Shown in pieces: positions 38,965 through 50,593 of a stretch of 64,000 nucleotides of DNA; positions within the stretch are counted from its first letter, which is position 1; every line of letters starts with the position of its first letter. A model generated the notes under the pieces. It did no database searches. It was not told the DNA's origin and worked only from the letters and a program-made list of their open reading frames with translations. The translations under genes were made by a program, and so were the position numbers. Origin of the DNA: Chiloscyllium plagiosum (taxonomy: Eukaryota); the NCBI RefSeq assembly GCF_004010195.1, contig NC_057720.1, positions 23,740,135-23,804,134 on the forward strand, given 5' to 3'.

Positions 38965-41125
38965 TAAAGAACAAAGAATAAAGAAAATTTACAGCACAAG
39001 AGCAGGCCCTTTGGCCCTCCAAGCCTGTGCCAATCCAAATCCACTGTCTAGACCTATCACCCAATTCCTAAGGATCTGTATCCCTCCGCTCCCTACCTAC
39101 TCATGCATCTGTCCAGATGCACCTTAAATGAATCTACCGTGCCTGCCTCTACTACCTCTGCTGGCAACGTATTCCAGACACCCACCACCCTCTGTGTAAA
39201 GTACATTCCACGTGTATCCCCCTTAAACCTTTCACCTCTCACTTTGAACACGTGACCTCTCGTTATTGAATCCCTCACCTTGGGAAAAAACTTATCTCTA
39301 TCCACCCTGTCTATACCCTTCATGATCTTGTAGACCTCAATCAGGTCACCCCTCAATCTCCTTTTTTCTAATGAAAACAATCCTAACCTACTCAACCATA
39401 GCTAACACCTTCCATACCAGGCAACATCCTCTGCACCGTCTCCAAAGCATCCACATCCTTTTGGTAATGTGGTGACCAGAAATGTGCACAGTATTCTAAG
39501 TGTGGCCGAACCAAAGTCTTGTACAATTTTAACATGACATGCCAACTCTTATACTCAATACCCCATCTGATGAAGGCAAGCAAACCATTCGCCTTCTTGA
39601 TCACTCTAATCACCTGTGCAGTCCACCTTCAGGGTACAATAGACCTGAACTCCCAGATCTCGTTGCTCATCAACTTTTCCCAAGGCTCTTCCATTTACAA
39701 TATAGTTCGCTCAAGAATTAGACTTCCCAAAATGCATCACCTCACATTTGCCTGGATTGAACTCCATCTGCCACTTCTCTGCCCAACTCTCCAGTCTATC
39801 TATATTTTCCTGTATTCTTTGACAGTCTATGCATTCTGCTACTCCACCAATCTTCATTTCATCTGCAAACTTACTGATCAAACCAACAATGCCCTCTTCC
39901 AGATCATTTATGTATATCACAAACAAGAGTGGCCCCAGCACTGACCCCTGTGGAACACCACTGGTCACCTTTCTCCATTTCGCGAAACTCCCTTCAGCTA
40001 CTACTCTCTGTCTCCTGTTGTTCAATCAGTTCTTTATCCACCTAGCTGGAACACCCTGCACACCATGTGACTTCACTCTATCCATTAGTTTACCATGGAG
40101 AAACTTATCAAACGCCTTACTAAAGTCCATGTATATGACATCTACAGCCCTTCCTTCATCTATCAACTTGGTCACTTCCTCATAGAGCTCCATGAAGTTG
40201 GTAAGGCATGATCTCCCCCACACAAAACCATGTTGTCTATCACTGATAAGCCCATTATTTTCCAAATATAAATAGATTTTATCCTTCAGTACCTTCTCCA
40301 GCAACTTTCCCACCACTGACGTCATGCTCACTGGTCTATAGTTACTTAGAATATCCTAACTACCCTTCTTGTACAGGGGGACAACATTAGTAACCTTCCA
40401 GTCCTCCGGCACTTCATCTGTGTTGAAGGATACTACAAAGATATCGGTCAGGGCCCCAGCTATTTCCTCTCTTGCTTCCCTCAGCAACCTGGGATAGATC
40501 CCATCCGGTCTTGGGGATTTGTTCACCTTAATATCCTTTAGCCTACACAACACATCTTCCCTACTTATGCCAAAGCATCTAGAGTAAACAAACTTCTATC
40601 TCTAATCTCAACATTCATCGTGTTCCTCTCCTCAGTGAACACTGAGGCAAAGTAATTATTGAAAATCTCACCCATTTTCTCAGGTTTGGCAGACAATCTT
40701 CTTTCCTTATCCTTTAGTGGACCAACCCTTTCTCTAGTTACCCTCGTACTTACATAAGAATAAAAGGTCTTGGGATTCTCCTGACTTCTGCTCGCTAAAG
40801 CTATTTCATGACCCCTTTTAGCCCACTCGATTCCTCATTTAAGATTGGTCCTACTCTCCCGATATTCCTCCAAGGCCCCTTCTGTTCTTAGCTGCCTGGA
40901 CCTTATGTACCTTCCCTTTTCCTCTTGGCTAATTGTACGATTTCTCCTGTTATCCACGGTTCACGAATCATGCTTTTCCTCTCCCTTGTTTTCAAAGAAA
41001 CATGCCAATCCTGCACTATCTTCAACCTATCTTTGAAAGCCTCCCACATCTCAAATGTGGACATCCCTTCAAATAGCTGCTCCCAATCCACATTTCCCAG
41101 CTCCTGCTGAATTTTGATATAATAA
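38965..41125 (-). mobile_element. CR1 LINE ~2.1 kb, disrupted ORF2
   Basis: Successive ORFs 40903-41154, 40356-40553, 40026-40331, 39711-40025, 39392-39613 and 39093-39395 carry RT motifs. Confidence 0.95.
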
Positions 41126-41354
41126 ACTGGTTGCTTACTTTCTGGTTGATGCACATGAAATTATGGTCCCACAGACCAGAACCAATTTCTATATGCATGG
41201 AAATGTGATTTTTTTTTATATTCATCTTTGCGAAATAGATATCACAATGGTGTGGGCAGTATTTACTCCCCATTCTTACTTCCCCTGGAAGGGATGGTAG
41301 TGAACATTCTTAAGCCACTGGCTTGTGGTGAAGGTTCTCCCACAAATGGTGTTG

Positions 41355-42535
41355 GGGAGTTCCAAGGTTTTTCAAGGAGCAAGCAGATTATGTTGAACTT
41401 GAATAAGACGCAAATAAGGCCTGATCTGGAGTTTTCCCTTCAGTTCTGCACATCTCACTTTCGGAAAGATATGAAGACATTGGCGTGAGTGCAGAAAAGA
41501 CTAGTGCGAATTGTTCCATGGATGCATCCATTATTTATGTGGACTGTTTGGAGAAGGTGGGACTGCAGACCTTGAAGAAGACAAAACAGAGTGGAGCTTC
41601 AATAAAGGTGTTCAAAATCGTGAAGGAGCGTGATTGATATGTATGAGCTTTCCGAGCGCACGAACAGCAGGCTTTTTAATTTTCTCATTTTGATCCTGAT
41701 GTCACCCCAGTCAATCTCTTATCTCACTCTTGTAATCATGAATTTTCCCTCACCTCCACAATATCTCCCCTGCCGATCATGATCCTGCTATCCCTCCCCC
41801 ACTCTCCCTCCTTACTCTCTGCTCTCCAGCTGCAGTTTCATACAATGTTTGGTTTTCTTCACTTAAGAGGGTGGCAGTCTGTCAACTGGAGAAGCTTGTG
41901 GCTGGAAAATCTGGTGCAACAATTTAAATTCATCTTTTAGCAGATTATTCAGAAAACCTATTCTTCCAGAATTCCTGTTTCCACTTGTGAAAGGATCAAG
42001 AATGAAGGAGCATGAAATAGCTTCATATAGGCTTGTTTCCCTTCGCCAAGTCACCCTTTATTTATACATGGATAGTACATGACACTGGTCTAGCTAGCAC
42101 AGAGTAGGCTCCTAGAGTGAGCAGAACCACTGATACTGGCGTTTATATCTGTCAGCCAGGCCTCCTTGAGTGGACCTGGTTAACAACCCCAATCAGAGAA
42201 CTCATATCTTATGATGTCCCTCTGGCTGACCTTGTTCCAATTATTATATGATATCGATTTTAAATAATTGGCAAATGAAACAAAATTGACAATAAAAGAA
42301 ATTCACTTCGCAGGTAAAAGTAAAATTTGAAAAGCATTGTTTGAGACTGTGCAGAGGAAGGTTCAATCAAAACTTTCAAGATGAAATTAGACTGGTACTT
42401 AGAAAGGAAGAATGTAGAATATTACAGGGAAAAGGTGAGGGAATAGCATGAGTTGAATTGCTTATTTAGAGAGCTGATACCAGTATGATGAGCCAAATGG
42501 CTTCCTCATAAGCTACAACAATCCTGTGATTCTGC
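41355..42535 (+). mobile_element. Decayed CR1 3' part interrupted by a duplicated segment and a solo LTR
   Basis: IRPDLEFSLQFC..HFRKDM, then LFPLVKGSR, then the 3' UTR ending tgtgattct. Confidence 0.7.
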
Positions 42536-44139
42536 CCTTCCACATAATGATGATGATAAGAAGCTACAGATTAGCCATGATCTAATTGAATAGTGCAAGG
42601 TTTAGGAGTTGAATTGCCTATTCTTTCCAAACACAAAAAGAAGAGAGGAGAAATCTCTGGTTGAAATCATTCACCTTAATAAGGCTGGACATTTGTAGCT
42701 GTCATATCTACTCTTTAAGTGTACAGTTCACCTGCGGGTTACCAATCTCCTGGCACCTGAATCAGGAGCTGGTGTCTTCCATGTACCCAGGGTTCTCAGG
42801 GTGAACCAGTTGCATGACATCTTCAAACTCAGAGGCTACATGCAGCACAAATTGATGATGCGATGGTGCCTTTTTAAAAATGATCGCTAGAAGTTGCCAC
42901 AGAACAGGTGTTTCTCAGAGATTGTATTTAGTTTAAAATAGACCCAACAGGGGCAATCACAACTGCAGACAATACCTGTAGCATGCTGTCTGCTCTTGTT
43001 TGCAGACCAGTCCTTTCCTCAAGCTTCTATAATAAGAACAGAAAATGTTGTAGAAACCCAGGAGATCTGGCAGCATCTGTGGAGAGAAAGATAGAGTTAA
43101 AGATTTTGAGTCCAATGACATTCTTTGTTTGCTTCAAACAAAATTACCAATCTCACAGCAGAATGTGTAAACCAATTACTGGTTCTGTTTATTTGAAGAT
43201 ATGTTAAGGATTGTTCAGCAGAAAGATTCACTGTAAAAAGGTTCCAAATGTACTGTTACAGGAAAACAGAATCACAACTCCCTAACATTACATGCAACAA
43301 CTTAGACCTTGCAATAATTGTGGTCACTTGTCTTACACCCTGGTTACTTGCTCATTAGGAAACTCCCTTAAAATGGTATCAGAACATCTACTGGTGGCAA
43401 ATACTTGAAGGTCGCAAGCTGGCTATTTCTATCCAGATACCCAGTTGGCATGGCACCTGCATGTTTTAGATATTATGGAGACAAGGCACAGCACTGAAGG
43501 AAATCTTTAACAGTCACTAAAAAGCATTCCAGATCAAAATCAACAGGGGATTGAAATCACAAATATTAGGAAATTGTTGAAGGTGGAATTTGCAGCTGCC
43601 AGCGAATATGATTAACAAGCAATCTGGAAATCAAAGTCTATGTATTGTGACAAAGATTATTAGTGGCTTCATTCAAAGCAAGAGGATTAAACATGCAAGT
43701 ATTTAATGGGCAGCTAGTAATTCTGTTAAATTGAAATATATTAGGAACCGAGAATATCTCATTTACTTGAATCCTTATTAGTACTGGAAAGAAATGTCTT
43801 TTATAAAACTCTCAGTGCACGAGCAGCAGGCTTTTTAATTTTCTCATTTTGATCCTGATGTCACCCCAGTCAATCTCTTATCTCACTCTTGTAATCATGG
43901 ATTTTCCCTCACCTCCACAATAGCTCCCCTGCTGATCATGATCCTTCTATCCCTCCCCCACTCTCCCTCCTTACTCTCTGCTCTCCAGCTGCAGTCTCAT
44001 ACAATGTTTGGTTTTCTTCACTTAAGAGGGTGGCAGTCTGTCAACTGGAGAAGCTTGTGGCTGGAAAATCTGGTGCAACAACCTAAATTCATCTTTTAGC
44101 AGATTATTCAGAAAACCTACTCTTCCAGAATTCCTGTTT
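41658..44139 (+). repeat. Dispersed local direct repeat of ~323 bp (41658-41980 and 43817-44139)
   Basis: Near-identical copies with few substitutions. Offset is 2159 bp. Confidence 0.95.
42013..42248 (-). mobile_element. Probable solo LTR
   Basis: The minus strand has a TATA-like gatataaac, then aataaa, and ends ...tatttCA. It interrupts a CR1. Confidence 0.6.
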
Positions 44140-45524
44140 TCAACATTCCTCCCATCAATCCCACCCCAAATCCTTCCATCCACCCACCAAGCTCAACCCC
44201 AAGAAAACCCAACATTTCTTCTAACCATGACTCTAAGCTGAAGTGATGAGAGATGTTTTGACTGGAAGTCACACTTGTACGAAAATAGAAAAAAAAAATC
44301 ACAAATTAGTTTAATAGCTTCAGTGTATTCACAAATATTATAAAGTGTCTCAGCAAAGAGAATATTTAATCATTTGGGAACTGTTAAAACTCGTTAATGA
44401 TTTTTTATTAATGAGATGTACAAGGTTATGAGAGCCAATTGCAAAGATAAGCAGTAGCAGAGCTCTTTAAACAATATGAAAAATCGTTGTTTCAGATAAA
44501 ATCTTTTCCTTTCACATTCCAGACGTGCCAGAGACTGGTGCAAAAATAATTTCTCTTTTTTCTTTCAAATCCACAGAGTCCATTTTCATAAGTGACAATT
44601 ACAGGAGGGTTAATCACAGTATTTAGGAAGGAACCTGATGAGCAAAGAAACAAAAAGAAGAGGAAAAAAAGCTAAAGTTGAGAAGACAAATGTAAATGTG
44701 GATAAAGCAGGTAGTTTCAATGTGATGGCAGTGAAAGCATGGATGTAATGTGTTGAATGGCCTGCTGTGATGGCAGACTCCTTCACAGTGTCATAAATTG
44801 ACTTTACATTGCTTTTTATTTCGTTTACCCTTTAAAATTGCTCATTAAAGAAAAACTTGTTTCTTCGACAAAGGTTGGGATTAAATTCACTTCCACTATT
44901 CAGCATTCTTTTTCCAATCACAGAAATGCAGGCCTTGGTATTATCTGTCACACATGGCTGACAGAGGCAGTATGAATCTGAAGCTTAAATGTTATTTTGC
45001 GGGGCTTATGTGCATGCACTGTGGTGTAGGGGGTATAAATCTCTGCAATTGTGAAAATAAAAGCGCAGTTATTACTGCTGTAGAAGTGATTTATTGTTAG
45101 ATTTTTAAAAGTCATTTATCTCTTGTCAAAAAAGGAGATCAATAGTTTATATACACAGGTTTAAATGGCAACTTGTTTTAGCACATTAACAAAATAACAC
45201 TGCAGGCCTGAGATAAAGCTGAAAACTGCAAAGGAATGATCACAAAATACTGAAAATGCAAGAAGCAAAGAGAAACACATCAACCAGAAAAAGACAAGTT
45301 CGTACAGTGGACAAGCACTTTCATTTCTCCTTTCTTTTCCCAACCTCCCCCAACCCAACCCTCCCCCAACCAATCCTCCCCCAACTCAACCCTTGCCCTA
45401 TTAGTTAGTTCTGAAGGGTTAGTCTCTGAAATCCCAACTTGTCTTTGTCTCTTTGCAGCCACTACTTATGCTGCATTTTTCACTGGCACTCATCTAGCTG
45501 TAATTTGGGAAGACTGACTGACTA

Positions 45525-45880
45525 GGGGCAGCGCAGTGGCTCAGTGATTAGCACCACTGCCTCACAGCGCCAAGACTATGAGCTCAATTTCATCCTCGCG
45601 ACATTGTGTGGAGTTTGCACATTCTCCCCCTGTCTGCATGGGATTCCTCTGGGTGCTCACGTTTCCTCCCACAGTCCAAAGATTATGTGGGTTATGTGGA
45701 TTGGCAATGCTAAATTGTCCAGGGATGTGCATGCTAAGTGGATTGGCCATGAGAAATGCAGGGATATAGGGTGGGGGCGGGGGGTGTGGGGGGGTTGGTG
45801 AGTCTATTTGGGATACTCTTCGGAAGGTTGGTGTGGACTCATGGGCTGAATAGCCCTCTGCAACCCATAGCACGGGAATT
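45525..45880 (+). mobile_element. HE1 SINE
   Basis: gtggctcagtgattagcacc...tgtgtggagtttgcacattctcccc...tttcctcccacagtccaaaga. Confidence 0.88.
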
Positions 45881-45912
45881 GCTCTCATTCCCCAGCCACC
45901 GTTTGCCTTTCT

Positions 45913-46250
45913 GCGGTGGGGTGGTTGCACGGTGGTTAGCGCTGCTGTTTAACAGCACAAGGGACCTAGGTTCGACTCCAGCCTCGAGCAACTGTCTATG
46001 GGGAGTTTCCACGCTATCCCTGTGTTTGTGTAGGATTCCTCCAGGTGCTCTAGTTTCCTCTCACAGTCCAAAGATAATCAGGTTAGATGGATTGTCCATG
46101 CTAAATTGACCCATAATCTCCTAGTTTAGGTGGATTAGCCATTGGAAATATGGATTACAGGGATAGGTTGGAGATGGTGGGTCTGGGTGAGATGTTCTTC
46201 AGAGGCTCGGTGCAGACGTAATGGGCATTATAGGGTTTCAATGACTCTAA
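45913..46250 (+). mobile_element. HE1 SINE (second, adjacent copy)
   Basis: B box ggttcgactcc, V-domain, atgactct tail. Confidence 0.85.
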
Positions 46251-46513
46251 GATGCTCTTCCAACAGCAACCACTATATTCTCTGTGGCGCTGCTGAGTTC
46301 AAGGGCTGCCAACCTCTCACAGGAAGAGGACCTCCATGATCTCAATTTCAGTCGAAGCCCTTGCCAGTGCTTGATTGGCATATAATTGGAAGGATCTTTC
46401 CTGGAATTGCCACCAAAGGCCTCACATTGGCTCATCAGCCAGCTGCCAAACTTCCTAACTTCTCAACAAGATTTCAACACAGCCCTGGAGTATTCCAAGA
46501 ATTTTCCTTGTGG

Positions 46514-46723
46514 AAAAATAAAAACCAAATGACCTACGGATCTGTAAATCAGAAACAAAATTTTTAAAAATTGCTGAAAGAACCCAGTAGGTCTGGCAGC
46601 ATCTGCGAAGAGAAATCAGATAAAAGGTTCTGAGGAAGGGTCACGGGACTTGAAACATTAACTCTGATCTCTCTTCACAGATACTACCAGACTTGCTGAA
46701 CTTTTCCAGCAATCCCTGTTTTA
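46514..46723. mobile_element. Fold-back Penelope-type insertion, probable 13-bp TSD
   Basis: attttccttgtgg (46501-46513) and attttctttgtgg (46724-46736). Degenerate ctgagga-agggtc acgg gactt-gaaa core. Confidence 0.75.
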
Positions 46724-46849
46724 ATTTTCTTTGTGGTTTTCTTTCTCAATTATACAAATAACAGTCCCAAACTAAAGTTACCATTCAAGCATAACGCAAA
46801 GATTTAACAGTTCTAGATTATTATAATCCTTCCTCGTCTGTTTTTCTCT

Positions 46850-47185
46850 TTATTCTTATATGGCAAGACTGGCATTTGTTACCCATCTGCAATTGCCCTT
46901 AAAATGATTGGCTCTCCCTAGACCCAAAATTTAGAAGATAGTTAAGAGTCTGTCACATTGGTGTGGGACTGGAGTGACATGTAGGCCAGACCAGGTACAG
47001 GTGGCAGATTTCCTTCACGAAAGGACTTTAGTGGAACCAGGTGGGATTTTGGACAATGCTTGCCATTAGACAAGCTTTCAATTCCAGATTTTATTGAATT
47101 CAACTGTCACCATCCATTCATTTGAACATATGTCCCGAGAATATCCCCTTTGGCTTCTGGAATACTAGGCCAGTGACATTACCAG
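46850..47185 (-). mobile_element. SacSINE1-like SINE
   Basis: The reverse complement is collinear with 2135-2545. Confidence 0.7.
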
Positions 47186-48589
47186 TGTATATATTCATTC
47201 AGAAAGTGTCTCAGGCCTGAATGTTAAATTAGATTGAACTCTCTCACTGCATAGGCTTCTCTATAACTATAACATTGTCAGAGGTAGAGATTTACATTGA
47301 GTGTTCCTACTAAAGTTTAGAAGGTTATGCACCAGTAAACCTGCAGTCATCAAAATGGTTTTAACTTGGTGCAGCAAACAGCTGAGTAAGTATAAATGAT
47401 CGATGTTGACAAATCATTTTCCGCATTAATTGTTAGTGTAAATCAAGGGCAAACGCTGCTTTTTTAAAAAATGGTATCTTGCACCGTGTATCATTGTAAC
47501 ATCCCAGAGGTTTGATTTTTATTTTGGATGTCAAGTGGGTCGATTGTGGCTGCTTGGTCTGCCTACTCAATGAGCATCAGGAGGGAGATGGCTCAATTTT
47601 GATCAACAAGCTTAATCTAAATGTAATTCCCAAAGTGACAACTAAATGAGTGCTAAGAAAACCTAGTTGGTTTGTTGGGGTAAGGCAGACCTTGTTGCAT
47701 TTTCTGCTTCAAAGTCACGCAGAAAGGAAATATGTGCACAGCAGAAATTCATTTATAGTGTTCTAAAATGTTCTGTTCGCTTCCAGAGATTTCAAAAATG
47801 TGCTTATTTTTCTCCAAGTTTATCCCCAGGCTTAATTAATCAATCCCAGAGAGTTTTACTCAATAGTAAACAGACTCACATAATCAGCACAGAATAATGG
47901 AGCACTACGCATTCTTCACAGTCAAGTTTGTTTACATAGAAGTCAAACAGTAGGTAGTCAATTGCAGTGGGAGGCTGGGGTATGGTCTCAATGTGAGTCA
48001 GGCATGGAGCTCAGAGGAGAAGGCAACATTTGAGGCTCCGAGAGGAACATTGATGGTCATTGAACAAAGTTAATGGTGCTTCCACAACACTCTATTGGAA
48101 GAACAGTGAGGTTAGTGTTAGTCAAATGAAGAAGAGAGTCTTGATAAGGGTACAATGTCTGTGCAGCCAAACATTCACTCAGAAAGAATCACAAGGTAAT
48201 GAGTAAAGATGATATTTTAATAAATCTAAATATCTTTGGTTCTAAAATCATTGACATGTGCTAAGTATCCTGGCCATAATAGTTATTGGTGACTTAAATG
48301 AGCACCCATTAACAAACTAATTTTTTCCTTAATGCAATATAGTCTTGGGCATCTTGTCTGGAATGCACTACAATATACTGCCTAATTTCACCTTTTGCAA
48401 CTTATTGCCCTGCTTTGTCAAGAACAGGGTTGATGCAAGTGTACCATATTCAAAACAAAGTTGACACACAGGATTACACTATACATAAATATAAATAACA
48501 TTGAGGTTTATAATAATAGATATGGCGCAGTTGGATTCAATATGCTTTATTTTAGTGTTTCCCCTCATTGAGAATATATGGCATGTCTT

Positions 48590-48957
48590 CTCATTTCTTT
48601 GAAGAATTTAAAGGGAGAATAAAAGATATTCACATTGTTCCAATCCCCACAGAGGCTGATAAGTTTTAAAACCAAACGTGAATTTCCAGGGAATTACTGA
48701 AAGGATCACACATTGTCAACAAGAATTAAAGATGTTGCCATAACATAAACTAGAAGCAACATTGACTAAACATAACGCAAAGAGTGGTAAAGGCATGGAA
48801 TGCTCTACCTGCTAATGTAGTCAACTCAAACAATCCTTAGATAAGCACATGGATGATTTTGGGATGGTGTAGGGGGACGAGCTGAGAATAGTTCACAGGA
48901 CAGCGCAACATCGAGGGCCGAAGGACCTGTTCTGTGCTGTATTGTTCTATGTTCTAT
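48590..48957 (+). mobile_element. CR1-like 3' end (may be composite)
   Basis: gcatggaatgctctacct...gggccgaaggacctgttctgtgctgtattgttctatgttctat. Confidence 0.7.
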
Positions 48958-48975
48958 AACTTTAATAGGCACCTG

Positions 48976-49658
48976 AGGCTGGATTTTATGAGGCATCATA
49001 CACCCTGACACATGAAGTGCCACAATTTAAAAAGTAAGGAGCCATCCCCAAAATATTGGCTACCACACAGCCATTTTATATTGCAAGTCATGTTACTGAT
49101 TCAAAATTGAAACTTCCAACACCATGGCATGGCAGGGGGCTATAGAGTAGAAAGTCCCACTTTAGATAGCTTTCAACCAATCAGATTAGTTAGCAGCTCT
49201 ACAGTTCCAGCAGTTTGATGGACACTGCGATAACTACAGACAGACTCTGAACAGCAGGAAATTTTGGAGTTGGTTTCCAATGTAAGTCTAGAGTATTGGC
49301 AGGGCTCCATTGGCAGTGCCCAGCTCCTGAGGTGAGAGTCTGTGTTTGAGAGACCAGAGGAGGTGCGAGGTAGTCTATCAATTTGGCAAAATGAGGTTAT
49401 CCCCACTCTTGCCCAATACTAGTTAGCACAGGAGAAATGGACAAGACACTTACCCATCACTCCCTCTTCCCACGCCATGGGTAAAGTAACAATTAACAAT
49501 GAACATTTCGGGGCCCCAAAAGGCTGAAGGGTGAATGTGCTTCCTGATGCCTCCAGTGACCTACAATATATTGGGGAGGAAGACAATGGGAAAGCTACAT
49601 GCTGCATTTGCAAACATCCCCAGCAACAAATATGTCAGAGAGCTATAAAATCCAACCC
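48976..49658. mobile_element. Possible old MITE / non-autonomous DNA transposon
   Basis: Terminal inverted match aggctggattttat / ataaaatccaaccc (12/14). Confidence 0.45.
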
Positions 49659-50593
49659 TAAGCAACAAAAATAATCTTCCATTTAACTTCCACAATAACT
49701 GAAAATCCCCCGATCCTGGTTATGCTTTATTCTCCTAAAAAGGTCTCCTAATTGGCCAGTGCATTTACCCTATTCAGTCCAAAATGAACCTTAACACTCA
49801 AGGGCTGGCAGCTTAATTTCTTTATCTTCCACATGCAAGTAACTCCGAGCCTTAGAGTAACTATGCCAGCAAAGGACAAATTGGAGATTCTCCCTTCTAG
49901 CCAAAGCAATTCTCCCAACTTTGTTGACTACATATTCTCTATAATTTTATGCAAATTTTCATCTGCATCCTGCATAGTGAACAGCAGAGACTTCCTGTCT
50001 CACTGTCTGATTCTTGCGGACCAATTGTGTCTAAGGTTTGGTGATGTTTTGGGAAACTCTGCAACCTGATTCCACAATGGACTATTCCCTTCTCAAAACC
50101 CATTTCCATGGTATTGCAAATCATTAGGGATTATTACCAAGTTGAAATGTTGATTAGCTCTCCCTTACACCCCAAACTCCAACCTGTTTTTGAATTAATC
50201 AACAGCTTCATGTGCAATCAACTACAAAAACCAGAAATTTCCAATATCTCCATGAGAAGTGGACCCAAACTATCTATCGTTAGTGCAGCAGCTTGGTTGA
50301 TTGATCAGTGTGAATATCTTGCACCTTTCTTCCCAGTTAAACAATCTGCATTTTTCCTTCCTCTTTAACCACCAAACTGCCCAACTTGTCAACAGGAGAA
50401 TTTCAGCTTTTATGCCTTTTTACCTCAAATTGAAGACAATTCCAAAACATAATCGACTAAAGTTTTGTGTTTGTAACAGCATTGAAAACAAAAATGGAAT
50501 TAAAAAGAACCATATTCCCTTAGTTTAGACAATAATGTCAAAATCAAACACTGTAGGATTAAGCCAAGATCAAAATTGGGCTATACCACTGAA

